Below are positions 26,636 through 36,442 of a DNA stretch of 40,310 bases, one piece after another. Origin of the DNA: Abditibacteriaceae bacterium (GTDB taxonomy: Bacteria; Armatimonadota; Abditibacteriia; Abditibacteriales; Abditibacteriaceae); NCBI GenBank assembly GCA_031372065.1, contig JANMKN010000393.1, forward strand, positions 1-40,310. The letters are read 5' to 3'. Position 1 is the first letter of the stretch; each line of letters begins with the position of its first letter. The position numbers and the translations under genes were made by a program. Below the pieces are notes generated by a model. That model saw nothing but the letters and a program-made list of their open reading frames with translations, made no database searches and had not been told where the DNA came from.

Positions 26636-26664
26636 GTGCCGAAAAACGGTTTTCGATTTATAAT
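26636..26664 (+). promoter_or_regulatory. Probable promoter of the ara operon
   Basis: GTGCCG-N17-TATAAT upstream of araA. Confidence 0.5.
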
Positions 26665-26696
26665 GAAGGGGGCAAATTTCCCCGAAATTCAATAAC

Positions 26697-28211
26697 ATGA
26701 TCCAAAACACTCCTCCCGAAATCTGGTTTGTCACTGGCAGCCAGCACCTTTATGGCGAAGAAGCGCTGAAACAAGTCGCCGCCAACTCGCAAAACATCGC
26801 GCAAGCGCTCGATGCGTCGCCGCGCATTCCTTTAAAAGTGGTTTTCAAGCCGATTCTGACGCGTCCCGAAGAAATTCGCGCGCTCTGTTTGGAAGCCAAC
26901 AACGCCGAAAACTGCGCCGGTTTAATCTGCTGGATGCACACTTTTTCGCCCGCCAAAATGTGGATTGGCGGCTTGAGCGTCCTCAAAAAGCCATTTGTGC
27001 ATCTACACACGCAATTCAACCGCGATTTGCCGTGGTCAACGATTGATATGGATTTTATGAATCTCAATCAGGCCGCGCATGGTGACCGCGAATTTGGTTT
27101 CATCGGCACGCGGATGCGGATTAGTCGCAAAGTTGTGGTGGGTTATTGGAACGATGAAGCCACGCAAAATGGCCTCGCGGCGTGGATGCGCGCCGCGCAC
27201 GGCTGGCACGATTGGCAAGGCGCCCGTTTCGCGCGTTTTGGCGATAATATGCGCTTTGTCGCCGTCACCGATGGAGATAAAGTCGCGGCGGAAATGCGTT
27301 TTGGCTATTCCGTCAATTATTACGGCATCGGCGATTTAGTCGAACGGGTCAACGCCGTTTCCGATGCCGATGTAGATAATCTGTGCGCCGAATATGAAGA
27401 CGTTTACAGCGTGGCCGAGGCGCTTCGCAAAGGCAACGAGCGCCACGAAAGTTTGCGCGATGGCGCCCGCATCGAACTGGGACTTCGCGCTTTTTTGGAA
27501 GAGGGCAATTTCAAAGGTTTCACCGACACATTTGAAGATTTGCACGGCCTGAAACAGCTTCCCGGCCTCGCGGTGCAGCGTTTGATGAACGACGGTTACG
27601 GCTTTGGTGGCGAAGGCGATTGGAAAACCTGCGCCCTTTTGCGCGCCATGAAAGTGATGGCCGACGGCATGGAAGGCGGCACCTCATTCATGGAAGATTA
27701 CACCTATCATTTGCACCCCGACGGCCACAAAGTTTTGGGCGCGCATATGCTGGAAATCTGCCCCAGTATCGCGGCGGGCAAGCCGAAATTAGAAATTCAC
27801 CCGCTCGGCATTGGCGGCAAAGAAGACCCGGTTCGTTTGGTTTTCGACACGCCGCCCGGCCCGGCCATCAACGCTTCGATTGTGGACTTGGGCAACCGTT
27901 TCCGCCTTTTGGTTAACGAAGTGGACGTTGTGTCGCCCGACGAACCGCTGCCCAATTTGCCCGTCGCCCGCGCCTTGTGGGAATGCAAGCCCGATTTCAA
28001 AACCGCCTGCGCCGCGTGGATTTTAGCGGGCGGCGCGCACCACACCGGCTTTAGCCAAGCGCTAACCAGCGAACACATGGAAGACTTCGCCGACATCGCC
28101 GGAATCGAATTCGCGCCGATTGACGCCGACACCAAATTGCGCGATTTCAAGCAAGATTTGCGCACCAACGAAGTCTATTACCACTTGGCGCAAGGCTTGG
28201 GACGGATGTAA
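26697..28211 (+). CDS. araA: L-arabinose isomerase
   Basis: [55 protein letters not shown]. Confidence 0.98.
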   Translation: MIQNTPPEIWFVTGSQHLYGEEALKQVAANSQNIAQALDASPRIPLKVVFKPILTRPEEIRALCLEANNAENCAGLICWMHTFSPAKMWIGGLSVLKKPFVHLHTQFNRDLPWSTIDMDFMNLNQAAHGDREFGFIGTRMRISRKVVVGYWNDEATQNGLAAWMRAAHGWHDWQGARFARFGDNMRFVAVTDGDKVAAEMRFGYSVNYYGIGDLVERVNAVSDADVDNLCAEYEDVYSVAEALRKGNERHESLRDGARIELGLRAFLEEGNFKGFTDTFEDLHGLKQLPGLAVQRLMNDGYGFGGEGDWKTCALLRAMKVMADGMEGGTSFMEDYTYHLHPDGHKVLGAHMLEICPSIAAGKPKLEIHPLGIGGKEDPVRLVFDTPPGPAINASIVDLGNRFRLLVNEVDVVSPDEPLPNLPVARALWECKPDFKTACAAWILAGGAHHTGFSQALTSEHMEDFADIAGIEFAPIDADTKLRDFKQDLRTNEVYYHLAQGLGRM

Positions 28212-28801
28212 TGACCGATTTAAAACGCGAATTTCTGGAAATCAAGGCGCTCATTGACGAACTGCGTGCGCTTGACATCTACTTTCGCGTTTTTGGCGCT
28301 GATAATCACCGTTACGACATCGGCCCTACTCTTTCCGAAAGTGAAATCAGCAAATTTGAGCAGCAACATCAAATCAAGCTGCCAGAAGACTTCAGGCTTT
28401 ATTTGCAATTGGTGGGAAATGGGAGCCAGCACCAAGAAAATCCTCAAAGTCAAGTTATAGATTGGTCTAATGTCAGCGTTGGGCCTGATTACGGATTATT
28501 GGCGTTACGAGAAATGAGCAAAAGTTTGGTTGATGGCTCATTTCCATTTACCAGCAAAGCGCCTTTGCCCTCATGTGGTTGGCATAGCTTTGATGACGAC
28601 ACTAATACTCAAGGAGCAATTACTTTGAATTCCCAAGGTTGCTCCGGCCAAACTCATTTAATTGTGCGCGGCGAAGATTACGGCAAAGTTTGGGAATCAG
28701 TCGAATGGACAGAATTTCGCCCCAAGCATTTGAACTTTTTTCAATGGATGCGCCAATGGGCCGAACGGGAAATCGCACGCCTCAAAAACGAGCAAGTTTG
28801 A
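28211..28801 (+). CDS. SMI1/KNR4 (SUKH)-family protein
   Basis: LSESEISKFEQQHQIKLPEDFRLYL..VGNG; GPDYGL; QGC...LIVRGEDYGKVW; FFQWMRQW. Confidence 0.85.
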   Translation: MTDLKREFLEIKALIDELRALDIYFRVFGADNHRYDIGPTLSESEISKFEQQHQIKLPEDFRLYLQLVGNGSQHQENPQSQVIDWSNVSVGPDYGLLALREMSKSLVDGSFPFTSKAPLPSCGWHSFDDDTNTQGAITLNSQGCSGQTHLIVRGEDYGKVWESVEWTEFRPKHLNFFQWMRQWAEREIARLKNEQV

Positions 28802-28802
28802 A

Positions 28803-29819
28803 ATGGCTACACAGATCGCTGCCCGATTACACGGCCCCGCCGATTTACGAGTTGAAGAAGTTCCGCATCCCGGCGTGCCGGAAGCGGGCGAAGTGTTGTT
28901 GCGCGTGCGTTCGACTGGCATTTGCGGCAGCGATTTGCATCCGTATGAAAACGGCGCGATGGGCGACACATTGCTCGGCGCGCCGCTGATTTTAGGCCAC
29001 GAATTTTGCGGCGTCATCGAAGAAGTCGGCGACGGCGTAAAGTTGCAAATCGGCACACGCGTGGCGGTTGATCCGGCGTGGACGTGCGGGGTTTGCCACG
29101 AATGTTCGCGCGGCAATCCGAATTTGTGTCGCCAGCAAAAGTTCTGCGGTTTGTTTCCGAATGGTGGTAGCTTATGCCAATGGATGCGCGTTCCGGCGCG
29201 CTTTTGCCATCAGGTGCCGGATTCGATCTCCGACGACGAAGCGGCGCTGCTCGAACCGCTCGGCGTGGCATTGCACGCGACCGATTTGGCGCGCATTCGC
29301 ATTGGTTCGACAGTCGCCGTTCTCGGCGCCGGGCCGATTGGCCTCTGCGTCATTCAACTGGCGAAATTAGCAGGCGCCGGCACGGTTTACATCGAAGAAC
29401 GCTTAAGGTGGCGGAGAGAACTGGCGCAGAAATTGGGCGCCGTATGGCTGCCTGCAAAAGCTGAAGTGGACGTTGCCATCGAATGCGCTTGGGCAGCGGA
29501 AGCGGCGCAAGCGGCGGTGGATATTACGCGTCCCGGCGGCGTTGTGGTTTTGGTCGGCATTCCGTTGGGAGACGAAATCACGCTGAAGCATTCGGCCCTG
29601 CGCCGCAAGGGACTGACGCTTCTCATGTGCCGCCGCATGAAGCACGTTTACGAGCGCACGATTCCGTTGGTCGAATCGGGCCAAGTGGATTTGAAATGTT
29701 TGATTACGCATCGTTTTCCGCTTTCAGATGCGCCCGAAGCGTTCCGTATGAACGCGAAATATGAGGATAACGTGGTCAAAACGATCATTTTTAGTCTCAC
29801 GCAAGAAGGGAGAAAGTAA
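28803..29819 (+). CDS. Zinc-dependent polyol dehydrogenase (sorbitol/L-arabinitol dehydrogenase-like)
   Basis: GICGSDLH, GHE, CGVCHECSRGNPNLC, LEPL, GAGPIG. Confidence 0.92.
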   Translation: MATQIAARLHGPADLRVEEVPHPGVPEAGEVLLRVRSTGICGSDLHPYENGAMGDTLLGAPLILGHEFCGVIEEVGDGVKLQIGTRVAVDPAWTCGVCHECSRGNPNLCRQQKFCGLFPNGGSLCQWMRVPARFCHQVPDSISDDEAALLEPLGVALHATDLARIRIGSTVAVLGAGPIGLCVIQLAKLAGAGTVYIEERLRWRRELAQKLGAVWLPAKAEVDVAIECAWAAEAAQAAVDITRPGGVVVLVGIPLGDEITLKHSALRRKGLTLLMCRRMKHVYERTIPLVESGQVDLKCLITHRFPLSDAPEAFRMNAKYEDNVVKTIIFSLTQEGRK

Positions 29820-30283
29820 TGCGCATTAAGGAACTGCATAAGAGGGAGAAGCTGCTATTCATCTTTCCTCTTGGCCTTTTAGCGGTGCCGCTTTTGCTGC
29901 GCGTTACCAAGCCGGTTGACTTGATTGCCAAGGTTGACTTGCGCGGAGATGCTTTGGACAGGGCGATACGGCGACGCGTCGGCTATGCGCAAGATTGTGG
30001 CACTGTGCCAATAGGGGTCAATCGCGCCTCATCGCAAGCTTGTGCTGTGTCTGCCTTTAAAGCAAAACAACCTTTTAGGGTGCGCTACATTGAACAGGGT
30101 GATGATTCAGAGCATGCTACTGCCATCGCGGGCACAGCACAAGGGCAAGTTTTCATTTATCGATATGACAGTCTGATGGGAACAGGTAACGTTGGTGACT
30201 CTGTTTACGAATCAACCTGCATCGGACCTTACATCTATACATCAATGGGCCAAGAGCATATCGGATGGAATCGATTGAAGTAA
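29819..30283 (+). CDS. Membrane-anchored hypothetical protein
   Basis: N-terminal hydrophobic segment, three Cys (DCG, AC, TC); TAATG coupling to the upstream gene. Confidence 0.7.
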   Translation: MRIKELHKREKLLFIFPLGLLAVPLLLRVTKPVDLIAKVDLRGDALDRAIRRRVGYAQDCGTVPIGVNRASSQACAVSAFKAKQPFRVRYIEQGDDSEHATAIAGTAQGQVFIYRYDSLMGTGNVGDSVYESTCIGPYIYTSMGQEHIGWNRLK

Positions 30284-30324
30284 AAAACGGTGCAAGGGCA
30301 GAACGAGAGAATCAAAAGGAAATC

Positions 30325-31986
30325 ATGAGCAACGAATACGTTATCGGTTTGGATTACGGCACGAACTCGGTTCGCGCTTTGATTGTGAATGTCGCGGACG
30401 GCTCCGAAGCGGCCACGGCGACTTGGGGCTACGCGCATGGCACCGAAGGCGTGATTTTAGCGCGCGACCCGAATTTGGCGCGTCAGCATCCCGAAGATTA
30501 TTTGACGGGCGCCGAAGCCACCATCAAAGCCGCGCTCGCACAAGCCAAGCAAAACGTGCCCGGTTTCGCGCCGGAGCAAGTCATTGGCATTGGCGTGGAT
30601 ACAACCGGCAGCACGCCGCTTCCCGTTGATGCCAACGGCAATGCGCTGGCGAGTGATGCGACCTTTGCCGACAATCCGAACGCTTATGCGTGGCTGTGGA
30701 AAGACCACACCGGCGTGGACGAGGCCGAAGCAATTACCAAAATCGCCGAAGAAATGCGCCCGCAGTATTTGGCGAAATGCGGTGGCACTTATTCAAGCGA
30801 ATGGTTCTTTAGCAAAATCTGGCATTGCCTCAAAGTTGACGCTCAAGTGTTTGATGCGGCGCACAGTTGGGTCGAATGCGCCGATTGGATTCCGGCCATG
30901 CTGACCGGCACGCAAGCGCCCGATAAATTAGTAGTCGGCGTGTGCGCGGCAGGCCATAAAGCGATGTTTAGCGACAGTTGGGGCGGCTATCCCGACGCGG
31001 AATTTTTGGGCACGCTTGACCCGAAATTGGGCGAATTGCGTTCGCGCCTTGCGGATTCGGCGCACACCATTGACCGCGCTGTGGGCGGCTTGACAGCCGA
31101 TTGGTCGGCGCGCACTGGCCTTAAATCAGGCACGCCCGTTGCCGTCGGCGCCTTCGACGCGCATTTGGGCGGCGTCGGCGCGGGCATCAAACCGGGCACA
31201 TTGGTGAAGACTTTGGGCACTTCAACGTGCGATTTGATGGTCGCGCCGTCCGATGAAAATTTGGCCGATATTCCCGGCGTGTGTGGCATCGTCAACGGCA
31301 GCATTTTGCCGGGTTATTTTGGCATCGAAGCCGGACAATCGGCGGTTGGCGATATTTTCAACTGGTTCGTGAATTATCTCAAAGCGGGCACGCACGAGGA
31401 ACTCACCAAAGCAGCGGGCGAATTGAAAGCGGGCGAGTCGGGCCTTATGGCGCTCGATTGGAACAACGGCAACCGCACGATTTTGGTTGACCAACGCTTG
31501 ACCGGTTTGCTCCTCGGCCAGACGCTTTACAGCACGCCCGGCGAAATTTATCGCGCTTTAATCGAAGCGACTGCCTTTGGCGCGCTGACGATTATCAATC
31601 GCTTGGAAGAATACGGCGTGAAGGTTGAAGAAGTCATCAATTGCGGCGGCATTGCCGAGAAAAATGCTGTTGTGATGCAGATTTACGCCGATGTCATTGG
31701 CCGCCCAATGAAAGTGTCGCGCTCGGCTCAAACCTGCGCCTTGGGAGCCGCCATCGCCGGTGCCGTGGCCGCAGGCCGCTTTTCCAATTACGCTGACGCG
31801 CAAGCCGCTATGACCGGCCTCAAAGACGTAATTTACACGCCAAATCCTGAAGCCGTCGCCGTTTATCAGCAACTTTACAGCGTTTATCGCAAGTTGCACG
31901 ATGCCTTCGGCACGCCCGATTGGAACGGTAATTTATTTGACGTAATGAAAACCTTGCTCGACATCCGCGAGGCAGCGCGCTCGTAA
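30325..31986 (+). CDS. araB: Ribulokinase
   Basis: IGLDYGTNSVRA, IGVDTTGSTP, LWKDHT, YSSEWF, GTSTC, EAGQSAVGD, DWNNGNR; RBS AAGGA before ATG 30325. Confidence 0.97.
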   Translation: MSNEYVIGLDYGTNSVRALIVNVADGSEAATATWGYAHGTEGVILARDPNLARQHPEDYLTGAEATIKAALAQAKQNVPGFAPEQVIGIGVDTTGSTPLPVDANGNALASDATFADNPNAYAWLWKDHTGVDEAEAITKIAEEMRPQYLAKCGGTYSSEWFFSKIWHCLKVDAQVFDAAHSWVECADWIPAMLTGTQAPDKLVVGVCAAGHKAMFSDSWGGYPDAEFLGTLDPKLGELRSRLADSAHTIDRAVGGLTADWSARTGLKSGTPVAVGAFDAHLGGVGAGIKPGTLVKTLGTSTCDLMVAPSDENLADIPGVCGIVNGSILPGYFGIEAGQSAVGDIFNWFVNYLKAGTHEELTKAAGELKAGESGLMALDWNNGNRTILVDQRLTGLLLGQTLYSTPGEIYRALIEATAFGALTIINRLEEYGVKVEEVINCGGIAEKNAVVMQIYADVIGRPMKVSRSAQTCALGAAIAGAVAAGRFSNYADAQAAMTGLKDVIYTPNPEAVAVYQQLYSVYRKLHDAFGTPDWNGNLFDVMKTLLDIREAARS

Positions 31987-31987
31987 A

Positions 31988-32083
31988 ATAGAACGCGAAT
32001 TGCGCAAATGCACGCGAATTTACGCAAATTTTTTGAGAAAGATTTGCGTAAATTTACGATGATTGGCGTAATTTGCGTTCTAT
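31988..32083. repeat. Long imperfect palindrome built of ~9-10-nt units (acgcgaatt/acgcaaatt)
   Basis: atagaacgcgaatt...aatttacgcaaat / atttgcgtaaatt...aatttgcgttctat between araB and araD. Confidence 0.7.
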
Positions 32084-32095
32084 GTAGGAGAGATT

Positions 32096-32791
32096 ATGCT
32101 TGAAGAACTGAAAAAGCGCGTTTGTGACGCGAATTTGAAATTGGTGGCCGAAGGTTTGGTCATCCAAACGTGGGGCAATGTCAGCGCAGTTGACCGCGCA
32201 AGCGGCAATGTGGTGATTAAACCGTCCGGCGTGCCTTACGAGCAAATGAAAGCCGAACACATGGTTGTAGTGAGTTTGGCAACGGGCGAAGTTGTCCAAG
32301 GCGATTTGCGGCCCAGTTCGGATACGCCGACGCACGTTGTTTTGTATCGCGCTTTTGAAGGCATCGGCGGCGTGGTTCACACGCACAGCTTGTATGCAAC
32401 CGCGTGGGCGCAAGCCTTGCGCGATATTCCGGCTCTGGGCACCACGCACGCCGATTATTTTTACGGCGCCGTTCCTTGCACGCGTTTGATGACACCGGAA
32501 GAAATTGAAGGCGAATACGAAGCGCGCACGGGCGATGTGATTGTCGAGCGTTTTGACGGCACCGATGCGCTGCATTTTCCGGGCGTCTTAGTGGCCAGTC
32601 ATGCGCCGTTTGCGTGGGGCAAAACCGTGGAAAAAGCTGTTGAAAACGCTGTTGTTTTGGAAAATATCGCGCATTTAGCCAGCGAAACACTCAAAATCGA
32701 AGCCGCCGCGCAAGCGATGCAGCCTGAATTATTGGACAAGCATTTTTTGCGCAAGCACGGGCCGGGCGCGTATTACGGGCAGAAAAAGTAA
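32096..32791 (+). CDS. araD: L-ribulose-5-phosphate 4-epimerase
   Basis: [47 protein letters not shown]. Confidence 0.98.
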   Translation: MLEELKKRVCDANLKLVAEGLVIQTWGNVSAVDRASGNVVIKPSGVPYEQMKAEHMVVVSLATGEVVQGDLRPSSDTPTHVVLYRAFEGIGGVVHTHSLYATAWAQALRDIPALGTTHADYFYGAVPCTRLMTPEEIEGEYEARTGDVIVERFDGTDALHFPGVLVASHAPFAWGKTVEKAVENAVVLENIAHLASETLKIEAAAQAMQPELLDKHFLRKHGPGAYYGQKK

Positions 32792-32817
32792 AAACCGCTG
32801 CAAGCAGCGGTTTTTAC
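32788..32817. terminator. Bidirectional intrinsic terminator between araD and ychF
   Basis: gtaaaaaccgctg-caag-cagcggtttttac. Confidence 0.85.
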
Positions 32818-32820
32818 GAA

Positions 32821-33885
32821 TTAGACGTTACTGCGAAAATGCACGCATTCGCCGTCTTGAACGACGTATTCTTTGCCTTCGAGACGCATAACGGTGGCCT
32901 TGGCCTTGTCCCAACCGCCAAGTTCGATAACTTTTTCGTAGGGCATCACTTCGGCGCGGATGAAGCCGCGCGCTAAATCGCTGTGTATTTTGCTGGCGGC
33001 AGTGACGGCGGAATCGCCTTTTTTAATCGTCCACGCGCGGCATTCGTCGGCGCCGACGGTGAAAAACGACTGCAAGCCGAGCGAATCGTAAGCGAAGCGA
33101 ATCAAGCGATTGCGCGCCGGTTCGGAAAGGCCCAGCGCTTCCAAAAATTCAGCCCGCTCGTCTTCGGCTAATTCGGCAATGTCAGCTTCCACGCGGGCCG
33201 AAAGTGCTACCGATGGTTCACTCAGTTGCGGAGGATTTTCGATTTGGTCTTCGCCAATGTTCAGCGCTATCAACAGTGGTTTCATAGAAAGAAAGGTGTA
33301 ACCGCGCAAATCGCGCAGTTCATCAACTGTGAATTCCACATCGCGCAGCGCGGTTTCGTTATCCAAGGCGGTTTTGCACTTTTGCATTAGTTCCAAGTCG
33401 CGCAAAGCCGCTTCTTTTTCGAGTCCGCTGCGTTTTTTCACGTCGGCTTCGAGTTTTTCGATGCGCTTTTCGATGACGACCAAATCGGCAAAGGAAAGTT
33501 CAAGCGCTAAGTCATCGGCGTCGCGTTGCGGATTGACATCGCCCAAGGGATGCAACAATTCGTCGTCTTCAAAAGCGCGCACTACATGAAGCAGCGCATC
33601 TACTTGACGCAAAGCGGCGATGAGTTGCGGCGGAAAGCCGCCGCCTTTGGCTTCGCCGGGCACCAGACCCGCCACATCCACAAATTCGATGTTGGCGGAC
33701 GTGGTTTTCTTAGGAGTGTGCAGTTCCGAAAGTTTGTCGAGACGCGGATCGGGCACTTTAGCCACGCCCACGTTGGCGTCTTTCTTTTCGCCGCCATAAC
33801 GCGATGTCGCGGCCCGCGCGCCCGTCAAAATGTTAAACAGTGTCGTCTTGCCCGATGTCGGCAGACCAATAATTCCAACTTGCAT
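32821..33885 (-). CDS. ychF: Redox-regulated ATPase YchF (Obg family)
   Basis: GLPTSGKTTLFN, VPDPRL, DVAGLV, FFTVG.DECRAW, IHSDLARGFIRAE, EGKEYVVQDG. Confidence 0.96.
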   Translation of the reverse strand: MQVGIIGLPTSGKTTLFNILTGARAATSRYGGEKKDANVGVAKVPDPRLDKLSELHTPKKTTSANIEFVDVAGLVPGEAKGGGFPPQLIAALRQVDALLHVVRAFEDDELLHPLGDVNPQRDADDLALELSFADLVVIEKRIEKLEADVKKRSGLEKEAALRDLELMQKCKTALDNETALRDVEFTVDELRDLRGYTFLSMKPLLIALNIGEDQIENPPQLSEPSVALSARVEADIAELAEDERAEFLEALGLSEPARNRLIRFAYDSLGLQSFFTVGADECRAWTIKKGDSAVTAASKIHSDLARGFIRAEVMPYEKVIELGGWDKAKATVMRLEGKEYVVQDGECVHFRSNV

Positions 33886-33887
33886 AA

Positions 33888-33967
33888 TAGCTTTTAGCTT
33901 TTAGCTTTTAGCTTTTAGCGCCGTTCCAAGCTAAACGCTAAACGCTAACAGCTAATTGCTAATCGCT
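33888..33967. repeat. Heptamer tandem repeats forming an inverted pair
   Basis: (CTTTTAG)x4, short spacer, then GCTAANN x5. Confidence 0.85.
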
Positions 33968-33969
33968 TC

Positions 33970-34743
33970 TCACATTCCCATGATTTGATAGCCGCCGTCC
34001 ACATACAGCACTTGGCCGGTGATTTTGGACGAAGCGTCCGATGCCAAAAAGACGCCGGTGCCGGCCAGTTCTTTGGCGTCGCCTTGCCAGTCGAGCGGGG
34101 CGCGTTCTTTGGCGATATTCAGCATATCGCCGAAGCCTTTAATGCCGCGTGCGGCTAAAGTATTGGTCGGCCCGGCGCTGATGCAATTGACGCGAATGTT
34201 CTGCGGGCCAAGATTATGCGCCAAATAGCGAGCCGACGATTCGAGCGCGGCTTTCGCCACGCCCATGACGTTGTAATTGGGCAGCACTTTTTCGCTGCCC
34301 AAATAGGTCATCGCCACGATGCTTCCGCCGTTTGTCATCAACGGCACGGCGCGTTGCGATAATGCCACCAACGAATAAGCGCTGACATCCAAAGCGATGC
34401 GAAAATTGTCGCGGCTGGTTTGCACAAACGGCTCGGCCAGCGTTTCTTTTTTAGTAAACGCCACCGAATGCAGAAGTAAATCTACACGGTCGGTTTTGCT
34501 TTTCACGAACTCGAAAAAGGCATCAATTTCTTCGTCGCTGGAGACATCGCAGGGCGCAATCGCGACATTTTCGCCGAAGGTGGAAACCAATTCCTCGACA
34601 TTTTCTTTGAGGCGCTCGCCTTGATAGTTAAAAATCAGGTTGGCGCCTTCTTCCGCCCATGCCTGAGCAATTGCCCACGCGATGCTGCGCTTGTTTGCCA
34701 CGCCAAACACCAAACCGGTCTTCCCGGCTAACATTCCACTCAT
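33970..34743 (-). CDS. fabI: Enoyl-ACP reductase FabI
   Basis: GVANKRSIAWAIA, SAYSL, YNVMGVAKAALE, RVNCISAGP..TLAA, VDGG; start ATG 34743 behind GGAG. Confidence 0.96.
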   Translation of the reverse strand: MSGMLAGKTGLVFGVANKRSIAWAIAQAWAEEGANLIFNYQGERLKENVEELVSTFGENVAIAPCDVSSDEEIDAFFEFVKSKTDRVDLLLHSVAFTKKETLAEPFVQTSRDNFRIALDVSAYSLVALSQRAVPLMTNGGSIVAMTYLGSEKVLPNYNVMGVAKAALESSARYLAHNLGPQNIRVNCISAGPTNTLAARGIKGFGDMLNIAKERAPLDWQGDAKELAGTGVFLASDASSKITGQVLYVDGGYQIMGM

Positions 34744-34768
34744 GTTCGCTCCTGAAGTCGCTTCTAAG

Positions 34769-34836
34769 ATGCAAAATGCGAAGTGGGAAATGCGGAATGA
34801 TATGCATTCCGCTTTTCCCACTTCGCATTGCACATT
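34769..34836. repeat. Heptamer-periodic inverted repeat upstream of fabI
   Basis: atgcaaa atgcgaa gtgggaa atgcgga atg ... cattccgcttttcccacttcgcatt. Confidence 0.8.
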
Positions 34837-34839
34837 CGA

Positions 34840-36324
34840 TTAATAATTTGTGCGCAACGAACGGCGGCGCTGCAAATTGAAGAAATCGGGGTCGCCGAAA
34901 ATATAAATGCGCACCACGCGGTTATCGCGGATGGTGAACACCACGTTGTAGCTTTGTTCGTAGCGCAGTTCGAAAGTGCGGAATCCGGCGTTGCCCGCGA
35001 CACCAGCGCCGCCGCCGCCGCTCGCGCCACCTTCGCCGCCAGAGGAAGAACCGCCTTCGCCGCCAGCGGGCGCACCGCCGCCTTCAGGAGTTCTGCCGCC
35101 GCCCGGTGTGCCTTGCTGTCCACCTGTGGGAGTGCCTCCGCCTGTGGGAGTGCCTCCACCTGATCCTTCGCCGCCCGGTGTGCCTTGCCCGGCGCCCGCA
35201 GCGCCGGTTACGGCGCCGGCGCCGGCAATGGCTTGCACCGCGTAGGTTTCCAGAGTGTCAGGATAGCCGTAGCGGAACAACACTTTGCGCAAGTCATCGC
35301 CCAGTTGCACAGTATGCAGAGGATCTTCCAACTGCGTCTTGGCAATCGGCGAATAAGTGCCCGCGACGACGATGGCATCCACGAAACCGAGACGATCCAC
35401 GATGAATGACATCGCATAGGTGTCGCGATTATAAAGCCACGCGACATGGTTATTATCCAAACCAACGGTGATGGCTGCTGCCCAGTTGGGCAAGCCGCCG
35501 TCTTGGTCTTGCGGAAACAACGCGGCGACTTCCGGCGGCGTTTGCGTGATGGTCACGCCGCCATCGCCTGTCGGCACCACAACGGCAGTCGGATTGCCGT
35601 GCATGGCGAACAAACCATAACGATCAATGCGATTGTATTGGTCTTTGTCCACCGCGCGCGTGCCGATGCCAATGCCGCACATCTGAAATTCCAAAGGATA
35701 GCGCACCCATGAGGGAATCGTTGGTTTGGGAGTGCGAGCCGCTGATATCGGAAAGGGCGCAATCGAAGGCTGAGGAATGCGCGGCCCCGCGCCCGCACGC
35801 ACGCCGGGCGCACGAGGCGGAATCGCTTGCGCCATCAACGTGCCGGAGGCAGTTTTCGCTGCCGACTGCGCCGCGATGCGACCTTTTTTGGTTTTTGCGC
35901 TGCTTTTGGACACGCTTTGCATTTTCGCGGACGCTACCGTTGCCGCTTTGCCGAGTGGCGCGGGCATCGGCACGGCGCCGGGCAAACTTTGCATACTGGG
36001 CGGCAATGGTTTGCCACCCAGAAAAGGCTGCATAAACGCCTGATCGCGCACCGGCTTAGGCAAAGCGGCGCGCAGACGGCGATCTTGTTCGATGACTTTC
36101 ATCGGCACATATTCGATGGGCAAAGGCGGCAAATTCGCGTCGGCGTCAATAAAGGCCGTCGAGTCCGGTAACACTGCCGGGGTCGTTGGCTCGGCCTGAA
36201 CAGGCGACGTAATGTGCCCTGTGCCCAAACCCGCGACGACCACGCTCGCCAAAGTTGCGATCCCTATTTTCCCGTTCCTGCGTTGCTTTTGCTGTGGCAT
36301 ACGTTTGAGAATGCGCTCTTGCAT
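34840..36324 (-). CDS. Exported hypothetical protein with Pro-rich linker and Gly-rich insert
   Basis: Signal-like N-terminus; C-terminal globular part (VQLGDDLRKVLFRYGYPD...YNVVFTIRDNRVVRIYI) interrupted by GGGTPT repeats (18-nt tandem near 35120-35160); RBS GGAG. Confidence 0.8.
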   Translation of the reverse strand: MQERILKRMPQQKQRRNGKIGIATLASVVVAGLGTGHITSPVQAEPTTPAVLPDSTAFIDADANLPPLPIEYVPMKVIEQDRRLRAALPKPVRDQAFMQPFLGGKPLPPSMQSLPGAVPMPAPLGKAATVASAKMQSVSKSSAKTKKGRIAAQSAAKTASGTLMAQAIPPRAPGVRAGAGPRIPQPSIAPFPISAARTPKPTIPSWVRYPLEFQMCGIGIGTRAVDKDQYNRIDRYGLFAMHGNPTAVVVPTGDGGVTITQTPPEVAALFPQDQDGGLPNWAAAITVGLDNNHVAWLYNRDTYAMSFIVDRLGFVDAIVVAGTYSPIAKTQLEDPLHTVQLGDDLRKVLFRYGYPDTLETYAVQAIAGAGAVTGAAGAGQGTPGGEGSGGGTPTGGGTPTGGQQGTPGGGRTPEGGGAPAGGEGGSSSGGEGGASGGGGAGVAGNAGFRTFELRYEQSYNVVFTIRDNRVVRIYIFGDPDFFNLQRRRSLRTNY

Positions 36325-36442
36325 ACGGTCTCCCTAAAAAGGTTTCCCTAAAACGTCGGTTTTGAGACTTCGATACTGCCAGTTGACAATAAGTTCGCTC
36401 CGCACGATCTTACTGCGATCTTACTGTGTTTTTGCGGTTCCA

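Noticed and set aside
30265..30324. N-terminal extension of AraB
   Set aside because: Overlaps the previous gene; the RBS and kinase motif support ATG 30325
33888..33967. CRISPR-like repeat array
   Set aside because: 7-nt units without spacers
34744..34833. N-terminal extension of FabI (MQCEVGKAECISFRISHF...)
   Set aside because: It is a translation of the heptamer palindrome; the RBS supports ATG 34743
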